From Blastocladiella emersonii ATCC 22665 (taxonomy: Eukaryota > Fungi > Blastocladiomycota), in NCBI GenBank assembly GCA_025594325.1, contig JANHCV010000002.1, forward strand, positions 1,860,001 to 1,924,000: DNA of 64,000 nucleotides, read 5' to 3'. Shown piece by piece: positions 19,074-31,357 of the stretch (within the stretch, counting starts at the first letter, position 1; every line of letters starts with the position of its first letter). Below the pieces are notes generated by a model that saw nothing but the letters and a program-made list of their open reading frames with translations, searched no databases and had not been told where the DNA came from. A program made the position numbers and the translations under genes.

Positions 19074-20054
19074 CACGATGAATATGAAACTTTCGTTGGT
19101 GAGCTCTTTCTGCAGTGGTCAAGATTGAGAAAAGGTCTCGCGTGCAATGAGAGACGCGTCGCGATATCAGGTGATGGCTGGTACGGGCGGGCCTCGATGC
19201 CTTGAGCGGCTACGCTCAGCCGCCATCTTTCCCTCCCGCCCAGACACACCGACACTCCACGCAACCACATGAAAGTCCATGCATTGATTCCGAGAACCGT
19301 TCATGTTGCTGTTTCTGCTGAGTTTCTCCGCCGATGTTGGTTCGGGGTCGGCAGCGACCCGTCTCGACCAGCGGGCGCTCGCTTGAGCCTCGGCTTTCTC
19401 ACACAAGTCGCACTGACCACGCGATCCTCTTCTTGCACTCATCTGCGCAAAGGGTCGTCATACAACCTCGTTTCCCATCCGGGCCGCATTCCGCTCGCTG
19501 TCCCGACATCCGCGGGATGACCACCTCCCACGCTGATACTTGCCCCTGCGTTCCTTCGACGTCCTGCAGTTGACGTTACCCTAAACAGCTTGCTCATGTC
19601 CGCCGTGACCGTCAACTCACCGCTCGATGCTGCTCCAACACACACAGTCGGCGCTCCACGGCGCGGGACGGCGAGTGATCCGCGGAGGCACGCGCCTCAT
19701 CAGTCTCTGCGCGAGAGCTCTGCCCCTCATGGTGCGCCGAGCGCGCGATGAGTGTCAACTTAGACTAGAATCTTATCTCATCACTTGTTACTTGACTCGG
19801 CCTGACGAACGCCTATCGGCTGTGCGAGTCGCGGCGCGTGAGTGCAGCGACCCCGCTCGTTCTTGCTATGCAACGAGGCGTCCACAACACCAGCAGCCTC
19901 GCGGATGTTTAAATCATGTCCTAAAGAGGGCGACGACGACGATCACTAATGAAAAGAGTGCATTGAGCGATACAAAAACGAAGAAGAACAATCACAAGAC
20001 GAACAAATAAACGAGAGGGGGGAATCGCGACGGGAGGGACGGGCACAACAACGA

Positions 20055-22708
20055 CTAGCGCTGCTGCTGCTGCTGCTGGCCGTCCACGACCACGTCGTCG
20101 AGGTCCACGGGGTTACCGTCGGCGTCCACGGCGGGGGCATCGGCGCCGCCGTCAACGGCCGCGCGCGGCCCGCCCCACGTCCGCTGGCGGACGGTGAGGA
20201 ACGAGTACATGAGGATGGCGATTTGGAAGAAGGGGTTGAAGAGGTAGTAGGGCAGGTAGACGATGACCGACTTGAGGCGCTTCTCCGAGATGGCCCAGAT
20301 GGTGACGAACAGCCAGTTCGGGATGATGACGATGATGAGCCAGACGAGGTAGTCGACCTTGAACGTCGAGTAGTCGAAGATGAGGTTGAAGAGGACCTCG
20401 ACGAGCAGCAGGTACGTGATGGCGCCGCCGACCTTGAGGATCTGGAACAGCTTGGTGAGCATGAGGATCGGGTACTTTGCCCAGAACAGCGGCGTGCACA
20501 GCATGATGAGCTCGTTGGTGATGGTGCCGAGGAACCAGCGGCGGCGCTGACGCAGCAGGTTCGAGAAGTTGCTGGGGGCCTCGGTCTTGCACATGGCGTG
20601 CGAGTTGAACCCGAGGTTGTGCGTGCCGTCGCGCTCCATGAGCAGGTGCGTCATGTACCGGTCCTCGCCGAGGTACCGGCGCGCGAAGTCGAAGGTCGAT
20701 GTGATCTCGGCCTGGTAGAAGTAGTCCTGCGCGACGTCGAGCAGCACCGGGTACTTGAACATGGTCAGCACGCCGGGGAGGCAGGTGACGGCACCCATGA
20801 GGGCCTCGGCGTTGCGGTAGATCATGGACTCGATGTACTCGGCGTCCTGCATGATGCGCCAGAAGTTGTACGAGTCCTCGTTGCGGCTGACGACGAACCC
20901 GGTGACGGCGCGCGTCTGCGGGTACCGCTGCACCTCGGCGACGAGCTGCGACACCGTGTCGGGCATGATGGCCGTGTCCGAGTCCATGAACAGGATGTAC
21001 GGGTCCTCGACGTGGCCCTCCTCCTCGAGCTCGAGCTGCATGCGCTCGAACATGTTGCGCTGCGTCCCGAGCTTGCCCGAGTGCTCGAACCGGCACACGG
21101 TGAACTGCACCCCACGGTACTCCATGGTGTAGTCGTCGGGGCAGTTCTCGGCGTCAAAGTCGAGCGACTGGCGACGCTCGAACATGCTGGCGCTGTGGAT
21201 CGAGGGGGTCCCGTTGAACGCCGACACCGCGGGCGACGCGCTACCGGCCTGCGTCGGGTCGAAGGCGGGCGACCGACCGTCGATGGACATGGACATGCGG
21301 ACCGCGGCCGCGTTGTTGGCCGTGGCGGTGACGATCTGGTCGAACCCGTTGTACTTCATGGACTTGCGGCCCATGACGGCCTTGTGCGTGTACTCCTCCT
21401 CGGCAGCGACGGCGATACCGGCGGCGTAGTCGGGAACGGGCGACGCGAGGGTGGCGGGCGACGGGGACGCGGCGGCGGCGGCAGCCGGGGTGGTGGGCGA
21501 GTTGGACGCGGCGCCGCGGCGCGCGAGGGTCTCGGAGCGGAGCGGGACACCGGTCATGAGGCGGCACAGGGTGAAGAACTGCTGCTCGACGTCGTAGTTG
21601 TCGAAGCCGACGTAGACGCGCAGGCGCGGGTAGTCGGACGCGGCGACGCCGTTGATGGCGCCCATGAGGTTGGGCAGCGGCTCGTTGAAGGTCGGGATCA
21701 TGACGTAGACGAGCGGGAGGCCCTTCTCGGCGGCGCCGGGGATCGCGGCGGCCGAGTGCGCCGTGGTCGTGACCTTGGAGCCGTCGGCGTTGGGCATGAC
21801 GGCGGCGTGCAGGCCGTTCTCCTTGACGAACTCGTCGCAGCGCTTAGCGAACTCGCTGCGCACCTTGCGCGTGTAGAAGTAGTCGCGCGTGAGCTTGATG
21901 AGGGCTACGGGCGAACAGGGGGAGGGGAAACGTGAGTGATGGTCGATGTGATGGGCGCCGCGGCCGAGGGGGGGGGGACGTGCATGACCCGCATGGGCCG
22001 AACCACCAGGTATACGACCCATGTGGGATCGTAGCAAACCAGGATCCGCAGCGGGGTGAGGGGAGAGAGGGGAGTGAGGCGTACCGGCAATCATGTTGAC
22101 GACCACGGGGAACATGGCCATGAAGAAGAAGACCCATAGAAGGACGTTGATGTTGTTGCGGGTCTGGCGCGTAGTGATTTTGATAAAACTCGCAAAATAC
22201 TTCTGGAACTGTAGCATGATGACGGTAACTATAAGGGGGATGCGGGGGGTTAAGATTTGGTGGTCGCGCGCCGCTCAGAGGCGTTGGGCGTCACGGGCGT
22301 ACCGTAGACTACACGGGCGAACGGGAGAGCGTGTCAGCAGTGCTCCCAAGACACGCATATGCGAGTGAGCGTACCGAAGCCAGCCATGTAGACCGAGTAG
22401 AAGAGGAACATGGCGATGACGAGCGGGGGCATGAGCTTGTCGCTCCACGAGGAGTTGGCCTTGCGGCGTTTGGCGAGGCCAATATTGAAGATGTTGACGA
22501 ACGACCACGAGTGGAAGATCCAGTGCGACACGAGATACAGCAGGATGAAGGCCAGCATGATGTAGAAGACCACCTGGAGCGCGATGACGGCCCAGGCCGG
22601 CATGTCAGCGGTAGCATCGGGGACGAAGTCGTCCTCCCAGTCGATGGGGCCCCAGACGTCGGTGCCCGTGTCGACGGGGGCGTTCGGGTCGAAGATGAGG
22701 TCCGACAT
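20055..22708 (-). CDS. CHS: Chitin synthase (GT2), ChsD-like class
   Basis: Motifs FMDSDT, QDAEY, VTCLPGVLT, LGEDRY and LLRQRRRWFLG, with flanking TM helices. Predicted exons 22708-22375, 22308-22303 (microexon), 22228-22085, 21904-20055. Confidence 0.92.
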
Positions 22709-23901
22709 GGTTGGGTGTGGGATGGGTTGCTCGGGGAGGGAGAGGGAAAGGGAGGAGAGGAAGGGAGACGACGAGGTGGCTGTGCCGGCAGCAGCAACGA
22801 CGAAGGGGAGAGATGAGCGTCTAGGTGGGGCGGAGACTCGGTGGACGAGCCGTCGGTCCCTCTAAGGTGGAGAAGAGGAGCGAGCGAGCGAGGGGGAGGG
22901 CTGCTGCCGGGTTGATACAGTCTACGAGTGGTCTAGAAGGGCGCCAGAGCGGGTGGGCGGGAGAAGAGGGCGGCTCTTGTACGACGTGGTGGCCCGCTGT
23001 GCACCGCTCGAGACCGTGGCTTGCACTGAAAATGACAAGGGGCGGGGAGCGAGAGGAGAGAGCGAGCGCTCCAGCCTGGCCAGCGCTGGTTGGTCGGAGG
23101 CGGCGTGGCGCCGCTGCGGCGGCGGCGGAGCGGCCACCGCCTCTCGCTCGCTGCCTGGCTGCCTGCCACCTCCATCGCCGACCTGAAACACGACGTGCGT
23201 GTGGGTGTGCGGTGGTCGTCGCCGGTCGATGGCGGTGGCGGTGGCCATGGCCATGGTCATGGTCGCGGTCGAGGCCGCAGACGTTCACGCGAGGCAAGGT
23301 AGCCAAGCCACCGCCACGAAGAGTCTGTAGGTTGCCCGTGGTCCTCCTGTCCTCCGTTATGAAATGTTGTGCCGCGCAAGTGATAGTGGTCGAGCCGAGT
23401 TCACGCGCGCTCTGACGGCCTCGTGCAAAAGCGAGACTTCCTTCCTTCACGGCCAAGCGCGCGGCGGCTCCCTTTCGGATCTCCACAGGGTGGTCTGACT
23501 ACCTCCTTGATGCGCTCGGCAATGATCCGGTTGGACCGGTGGGTGGCGACTGCGTTGATGGCCGAGACTCTCGTACCCATAAAGAGGGGAGGGCGCAGTC
23601 CAGGGCGGCCACCAACATAAACGCCATCGATTCGAACCGAAGCAATCCAAAGAGTGAAAGCGTCCGTCCAGCTTGCTTTGGACCAGCTGGAGTACACCTT
23701 GCGCCAAGTGGCATAGTTCAGGGACGGATATGAACTCTCGACGTTCTCTGTGCCGATGGAAACGAGGTGGGGCAGCGAGTTTGGCGAGTCACCACCGCGT
23801 GGCTGCCATGTTCGCGGCCGTTGCAGGCAGGGTCGGCAACCCTCGGGTCATCCCTCTTCTCTCTCCCCAACATGCTAGTTTGATAAACAACCACACTTGC
23901 A

Positions 23902-25343
23902 ATGAACACGGACGCTACCGAACTCAAGTCGACGCCGGTCGGCGCGTTGTACTGCCAGCGCAACTCGTTTGCGCGGTCCCTGGCGACGCGGATCGTGTCG
24001 GTCGAGGTCCCTGCCGCCGCGCCCGCTCCCGCTGCCGGCGGCAAGAAGAAGACTACCGCTACTCCCGCCCCCTCAGCTGTCGAGACCCGCCTCGTGGTGC
24101 TCGAGGACACGGTGATGTTCCCCGAGGGCGGCGGGCAGCCGGCGGACCGCGGCACGCTTACGGTCGGCGGGACCGAGTTCAAGGTGGTCGACGTGCAGCG
24201 CAAGGGCACCACGGCGATTCACACGGTTGCGCTGCCATCCAAGGAGGCGGGCGAGCTGCTGGTGCCGGGCGCGGAGGCCGAGACGACGCTCGCGTGGGCG
24301 CGCCGCCTCGATAACATGCAGCAGCACTCGGGACAGCACCTGCTGTCGGCCGTCGCTGAGCAGGAGTTTGGATGGCGTACTGCGAGCTGGTGCGTTCTTT
24401 ACTTCGGGATCTAGTATGGTTCAGGACGCTCACACGGACGAATTACAGGTCGTTTGGCAGCGAGTGGAACTTCATTGAGGTTGCGCAGGACATGCCCGAC
24501 GTCCCCGCACAGCCCATCACGGCCGCGACCCTGTCGGCGCTCGAATCGCGCGTGGCCGACCACATTGCGGCGGCACACCCGATCAGCGTTTCGGAGACGT
24601 CGACGACGACACAGACGCGCGGCTCGAGCAAGGCGCTCCCGGCGGACCTGCGCGGCGCGACGGACCTGATCGTGCGCACCGTGGTGATGGGCGACGTGGA
24701 CGCGAACCGGTGCTGCGGCACGCACCTGACGTCGACGCTGCAGATGCAGGCCGTGGCCGTGCAACCGACGACCGAGCGCGTGCGCGGCACCAACACGCGC
24801 ATCTACTTCGCGTTCGGCGACCGCGTCCGCAAGCTGCTCGCGGCCTCGCTTGCGCGCGACGCGGCGCTCACGGCGATTCTGTCGAGCGGCGCGCCCGAGT
24901 TCGAGGAGAAGGTCGGCAAGCTCGTCGAGGCGTCGCGTGCCGATAAGCGCAAGCTCAAGGCGACGACCGATGCGCTCGCTATGGCCTTCGTCCAGCTTCA
25001 CCTCGGGTCCACGCCGGCCGACGCTTCGGAGGTGCGCCGGTACCACGCCGAGGACGCCACGTCCATGGACCTGCTCCTGGCCATGTCGACGGCGCTCAAG
25101 ATGCGCGAGCCCGAGATGACCGCCGTCACGATCCTGTCGGCCATCGACGAGGCGGGCGCGGGCGCCGTGCTGGTATTGGGCCCCGTCGGACCCGCGCTCA
25201 CCGAGGCGATCGCCTCCGTCACGGCCGCGTTCCCGACGGCGCGCGGCGGCGGCGGCAAGGGGAAGCCCGGCGCCGTGTCGATGTGGCAGGGCCGGATCGC
25301 GGGCAAGGCCGAGGCCGCCAAGCTCGCCGAGTTCCGCGTCTAG
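23902..25343 (+). CDS. Free-standing alanyl-tRNA editing protein (AlaX/AARSD1 family)
   Basis: DTVMFPEGGGQPADRG, Zn-binding MQQHSGQHLLSA (HxxxH) and CCGTH (CxxxH), C-terminal GGGGK...WQG DHHA1-like end; intron 24390..24448. Confidence 0.9.
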
Positions 25344-25720
25344 CTGACCATGTTTTGCGCAATCATTGACTCATGTTATTGCACTCAAACGGTTTGTGGA
25401 GAGGGACCGAAGCGATGCCCCACAATCACGCGGAAGGTGCAGCGAGGCGCGACGCGTCGCGCCGCAGCTACACGTTTTCTGGTCGTTCCCTCGGCTGCGT
25501 GCTTGCGCCCTATGTCTGCGGACTGTGTCGCGTCGCACATCTGTCAACGACGCTCCCTTTCTTCTGCCTGGCTCATGCGAGCTGCATAACGCGCTCCGCC
25601 TGGACTCAGTCGACCGCTCTTGATGGAACAACGTATATGCATGCAGCAAGGGGACAGCGAGGGGTAGAGTGAGGGAGAGGGACGGGTAGACACCAAGCAT
25701 CTCGTGCACACGAGGCGCTT

Positions 25721-26604
25721 CTAGACAAACAGGTGCGGCAGGATCGACGGCAGCTCCTTGAGGTCGGCGATCGTAAAGTCCGCGTCGGCGTGCGACCGGC
25801 GCTCGACGTCGACCCAGATGGTCGTCCACCCGCGCTTCTTGGCCGCCGTCAGGTTCGGCAGGTTGTCGTCGGCAAAGTAGATGGGCACGCCCGCGCGCGC
25901 GTACGCCGACTCGGCCATGGCCTGCTCGTAGAACTCGGGCTCCGGCTTGCACGAGAAGTTGGGCCGCGTGTAGTCGCAGTACGTCTACGAGAGGCGGGCG
26001 CGTGGGGGTCAGTCAGCGGTCGTGTGCGAAGGAGGGCGTGTGCGAGGAGGCGTACCATGCCGTGGAACACGTCGCTGATCCCGACGAGGTCGAGCACGCG
26101 GCGCGCGTGGTGCACGCCCGCGTTGGTGAAGGTCCAACGCACAATGTCGGGCCGCAGCCGCTGCAGCATCGCGCGCAGCTCGGGGTCCGAGTGCACGTAC
26201 TTGGGCAGGTTGAGGGCCTGGTCCACGTTCCGGCTACACTCGCGCGCCCGAGAGTCAGTGGTGTGTCCGATCCACGGACAGCGGGTGGAGGAGACGTACT
26301 CGTAGTCGACGGGATCCGCGCTGTGGTGCTTGAGCAGGCCGCGGACCGAGAGCCCGTACTGGGAGTAGTACTGCTTGTGGAGGCGGATCGCCTCGTCGCG
26401 CGACAGGTTGAGGTGCCGCGCAAAGTACGTCTCGATCAGGTCGCGCATCTCGTCGAGCACGCCGCGGCTGTGCGAGTACACGGTCCCGTCGATGTCAAAG
26501 TAGAAGAAGGCCGTCGGGTTCGCCGGCCGCTCGGGCAGGAACTTGGACGGCAGCGTCACCGCCGGGTGCTCGACGGCCGTGGCGTGGATCGCGGTCGGGG
26601 GCAT
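25721..26604 (-). CDS. HAD-family pyrimidine 5'-nucleotidase (Sdt1/Phm8-like)
   Basis: FYFDIDGTVYS (motif I), WTFTNAG (II), CKPEPEFY (III), YFADDNLPNL (IV); introns 26299..26234 and 26055..25985; alternative start at 26655. Confidence 0.88.
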
Positions 26605-27294
26605 GGTGATCGCGGACGAGTGGTGGTGGTGGGTCCCGATCGTGCCGAGGGTCATGGTTTTGGGTGGAGGGAGCGAGTGGTGGAGTGGGAGTCTGCTGCA
26701 GCAAGTGAGTGCAGCGGTGTGCAATATGCGTTCGATCCGTTGAGCGAGAGTCCCGAGAGTAAGGAGCGGAGAGCGGAAGAGTTGCCCGGTTTATCTTGAT
26801 GACAGGGATTAAGAACCCGCCGCCGCCGCCGCCGTCCCGGCGGGTGCCTGCTGACGACGTCCGAGCGGTGGGAGACGACTACAATCGATGGCCAGGGGTC
26901 CTGTGACGGTCGCGCGACGCGTTGTCCCGCGCAGCCCTTGCGAGACCGGCGGCAAGGGAGATGTGCGGCTGGGATACATCGGGGACTGGGGCCTGCGAAG
27001 CGCGATAACGCGGGTGACGACACGAAGGAGACGCGTCAGGAAATCCCGTGAATCTCACGTGAGGTGTGAGACGCGACCTGGCCGCGTGAGCGACCGCGTG
27101 CGAGACGCGGCGTGCCACATGACGCTCGTGATAAGAAGGAGGCTCAGTTTGCCTCTGTGTAGTTCTTGGGCTCGGAGGTCCTCTACGAGACGGAGACGGA
27201 CGGGACGGAGACGGAGACGGATCTCGCCGTCGTCCACCTTGAGGGCCGCGGCTGCAAGTCGGACAGGATCCAGAGCCGAAGTTGGTTTTCGCTG

Positions 27295-29253
27295 TGTGCT
27301 GGGCTCAACCCCAGTGGTCTCCCCGAAAAAACCTGGTCCACGTGACCTTGACCGAGTTGTCGTCACTTAGCGACGCGTCACCTGACCGCCCAAACACGTT
27401 CATAAATCGAGCCTTTTCCCCCTCTGCTGGCTCCTCGTCTCATGAAAGCACCCATGAAGCTTCCGACATGAAATCATGTAGCGATGTGACCCAATAAACC
27501 TCCCTGAAACTTGTCACAACGCCGTCTTCACACTGAGCGAGGCGAGGGGAAATGTCGCGACGGGCCCTGACGGCCCGGTGATGCAAACCGAGGCGTATGC
27601 GGTGCTGCTGAGGACTGTGACGTTACTTTCGCGACGGCCGAGACCACGGGCGAGTGGCCGTTGACCCTCCCGCCGCTCCACCTTCCACGGGTTGGAGCGC
27701 CGCCGCGTCGTCAGCAACCGCCTATCGCGTCCGCCACCCCGCACAACCCGTCGCTCGCCTTCGACGTCGAGCGGTACTACAGCCAGTGGTTCTCTCTTCC
27801 GTGACCCGCCTGTGTACCATGATCAAGGGCGCCGACCAGCTCGCGCACTGCCTCGGTCTCGATGCGCGCGAGTTTGTACGCATGTCGGTGCGGCCGACGG
27901 CACGGGGAGCGGCGACGCGACCAACAACGCGTAGCTGCTCAACGCCATGCTCTCGGCGAGGAACGGTTCGCCGCCGTTGAGAATCTGAACATGCGGTGCA
28001 AGAACCCGGCGTGCACTGCGTCGGCGGACGCGTCCCTCGCTACTGGCTCGCTGGGCGCCGCCGACGGGACCGACCCGAACGCGGCTATGACGCCTGGCGC
28101 CGTATCTCTCAGATAGTCGTTCACGCGCCGCCCATCGTCAGCGCGACCGCACAAGTCGTTATGCAGCTCCACGCGGATGCCGCCTGGTACGCGCAGCAAT
28201 GGCTCGTGTGCAATGATGCGGTGTGCGCGTGGTACACGCGCAACACCGGCCGCGTAGGGCTCGTGTCTACTCGCCAAACGCGCTGCTCCGCCAACTTGCC
28301 TACTACACGCACCCGCTCGACGCTAACGAGGCGGCGGCGACCACGGCCGAGGTAGTCCATCGCCCGCGCCGTGCTTCTCGCGCACGCACACTAGTTCTAG
28401 TTCCGCGCAGTCTACATCGCGATGGCAAGGCGGCGGCGACCACGGCCAAGGTAGATCATCGTGCTTCTCACGCACATTTCCGGGAACACCGCACCCAGGT
28501 CGAACTCGCGTCGTTCTTCACGTTCATGCGGGGCGCGGGAGCAACGGCGGCCGTGGTCAAGGTCGGACGGCGATCTCATAGCGGGTTGAATAAATAGCTT
28601 CAACATGTTGCTTGGCTCGGGAATTGCTGGGTCAGCGGCCGCACAAGGCGCAGGCAGAGCTTGAGGCGCTGGCGCTGGCGACTCAGCTTGAGACGCGCCG
28701 AGCTGTAATCTGGGTCCTCGGTGGGATGGAATTCGCGTCAGTTTCGATGTCGCGCACGCCTCAACGTCGTGGAATCATGAAATGAAGGCGGCGGCCAAAC
28801 TAAGAAAAGTCGCCGCGGAGCGGCGGCTGCGGTGGCCGGGTAGGTCGCGGCGATCAACGGAACACATTCAAGACCATGGCCCCATGGATTGATGCGCACG
28901 CGCGCGTCGGCTGGAAAATGACAAGCTCATGACCGTGGTTGTAAGATCAGCAAGATTCAGAGTCACTGATGCAGGTCGAAGCGATCAATCGTGACCATGG
29001 CCATGACCATGGCCATGGTGACGCTCCTCGCACCTGCGATCACAGTGCAGAGGTTCGACACGCGGAAGCGGAATATATTATGGAGCTGTTATTCGAGTTG
29101 AGTTGAGTTGAGGTTAAGGTCGAGGTGGGGTGAGTTGAGGTTGGTTGAGGGAGGTGAGGGGTGAGGGGTGAGGGGTGTGGGATGTGTGGTAGAGGGGTGG
29201 GGTTGAAAGCCCAGCACGGAGGGAGCAGTTTCTAACGCTACCGGTCGCCAATT
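27295..29253 (+). mobile_element. Non-autonomous interspersed element, copy 2 (Helitron2/Helentron-like), longer than copy 1
   Basis: Starts TGTGCTGGGCTCAACCCCAGTGG (27295); subterminal inverted partner GGGGTTGAAAGCCCAGCAC near 29199-29217; ends GCTACCGGTCGCCAATT (29253). Similarity to copy 1 stops abruptly at both ends. About 430 nt extra internally. Confidence 0.7.
29095..29198. repeat. (GTTGA/GTTGAG)n and (GAGGGGT)n G-rich tract inside element copy 2
   Basis: gagttgagttgagttgaggtt... followed by gaggggtgaggggtgaggggtg; reverse counterpart of 6707..6798. Confidence 0.75.
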
Positions 29254-29498
29254 CACGCGTTCAAAGGATTCATCTTATAGTTCCATTGCTCCCATCCTCG
29301 GACAGTTGGAGACGAGACGCTTGAAGGGCCGGCGAGGGCGAGTCGCGACGGTGGCCGTGGCCTTCATCGCCACCCCGCTGCTCTCGGTGCACCACTCAGA
29401 CCCGCGACTCTCGCACCAATGCCTTTGATACCCGAGAAAAACGATTTTAGTCTGCTTTTGGTAATGAGATGGTACACTCGCACTCGCCCGGCAGCGAC

Positions 29499-31301
29499 TC
29501 ACAGCGTGTCGACGAGGAAATCGCCGAGCTGCGCGTCCCAGAGCCCGCTGCCCGTCGCCTCACCGTCGCCGCCCTCGGTCCCACCCGCACCCTGCTGATG
29601 CGTCTGCTGCGCCGGCTGGTGCTGGTGCTGCTGGTGCTGCTGGAACGCGAGGTGGAACACGTCGAGCGCCGAGCTCGTAGACGGCGACGGGAGCCCGAAA
29701 CTCGCCGGCCCGCCGCCCGCGCTCGCGCCCGCCGACGTATCGTCCGCGAGATGGTGCTGGTCGGCGGTGCTCGTGAGGATCGAGAGCGGGTCGACCGAGT
29801 CATCGCGGCCGGGCATCGGCGCCGGCGCGTCGCCACCGCCGAGGAACACGTCGGACGTGGTCGCGGGCCCGTCCATGTCGCTCATCCACTGGTCCATGAG
29901 GAGCAGCGCGTTGATGTCGTCGGTCGCGTGCGACGTGCCGCCCGCGAGCGCGATGAGCGGGTCCGTCGCGAGATCGCCGAGCGCCGGTGGCGCAGCGGAA
30001 CCCGGCGACGACGGCATCGGTTCGGCGGAACTCGTGTGCTCGGGCTCCGACGCGAGGTGCCGCGACGACGCGAGATCCGCGTCCTCGTCCTCGAGCGCGA
30101 AAATGTCGAGCGACACGTGCCGCGACGACGGCGTCTGCGCGAACCGCGGATCCGGCAACGTGCCCCGCTGCCGCGAGTTCTGGCGCGACCCGGCGACGCC
30201 ATGGCCGAGAACTGGCGTCGTGGACGCGGACGACTTGCCGGATCGTGCCGGTGGCGCTGCGGGCGCGGACGCGGGCGGTGGCGGAGGCGGCGACGACGCG
30301 TTGGCGGATGTGGGCTTCTTACGCGGCGGTGAGCCGAGGACCGCCGTAGCAACCTTGTACGGCACGGCTCGCGCGCTGCCCGGCGCCGTGGCGGTTCCCG
30401 CCGCCGCGTTCGCCGCCGCCGAGGTGCCGAGGACGGACCGCGCCTTGAGCGGGTTGCCCGGCGCAGGCGCGAGCGCGGTGCTCGACGGCGGCGGCTGCGA
30501 AGCCGGTGGCGCGTTTTCGCCCGTGCGAACCGGCGTCGACACCTCGTGCGGGTGCGCCAGGAGGCTGGTCGGCGGAGGCGGCGAGCCGAGACCGCCCATC
30601 GCGGTCGCCTTGTTCGGCGCAGCCTGCTGCTGCTGCTGCATCGCGGAGAACATGGCAAAGAACTGCGCCATATCGGCCGGCGCGCCCGCGGGCGGCGGCA
30701 TGCCGTAGAAGTTCGGTGTCGGGTACCCGTACGCGGCGGCGGCGGCCGCCATCATGGCCGCCATGAACCCCGGGTTCGGCGGTTCCTGGGAAGTGGCGGT
30801 GCCCGGGACAGCCGCCGCAGCGGCCGCAGCAGCCGCGGCGAGGACCACGGGATCGGTCGGGTACGAAGACGACGACGGGAACGCAGACGGGCCCGCGTTC
30901 TCCTTATCGGTCCACGGCGACGGCGCGTCGGTGAGCGGCGCGAGACCCGGCTTGACCGCGGGCGTCGCGGCGACGGTGCCGGCGCGGCTCGGTGCGGACG
31001 CGGCGCGGCGCAGCGGGACGCCCGGCGCCTTCATGGCGGGCGAGGCGGCGAGTGGTGGCCGAAGCGGTTCCCGAGCGCGGAAAGCGGCGAGTGCCGGGGC
31101 GGGAGCGGGTGTTGGTTGCGCGGGAGCGGGCGTCGACGGCGCAAACAATGGAGCGGAGGTCGCGGGTTCGGGTTTCGGTGGTGGTGCGGCCGATACGGCA
31201 GCAGCGAGCCAATCGTCGTCGTGGTGGTCAGCGGGCTGCGCCTCGTCCATGGTGACGTCGGCGTCGTACTTGCCGTCGCCTTGCTGCTCATGCTGCGGCG
31301 A

Positions 31302-31357
<56 letters not shown>

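Noticed and set aside
21905-22084. Longer (180 nt) chitin synthase intron with a 10-nt C/G homopolymer, considered as a snoRNA host or second microexon
   Set aside because: No C/D or H/ACA boxes and no internal acceptor-donor pair found.
23401-23810. Trp-rich open frame on the minus strand upstream of the AlaX gene (...NYATWRKVYSSWSKASWTDAF...RIIAERIKEVV)
   Set aside because: No clear ATG start, overlaps the likely AlaX promoter and has no recognisable motif; the resemblance to LINE reverse transcriptase is superficial.
27750-28120. Fanzor/TnpB-like hints in the element cargo (DVERYYSQ resembling ExYTSQ; RCKNPAC as a zinc-finger half)
   Set aside because: No DPG-type RuvC-I, no first CxxC pair and no RDxNAAxNI motif in the right order; too weak to call without an HMM search.
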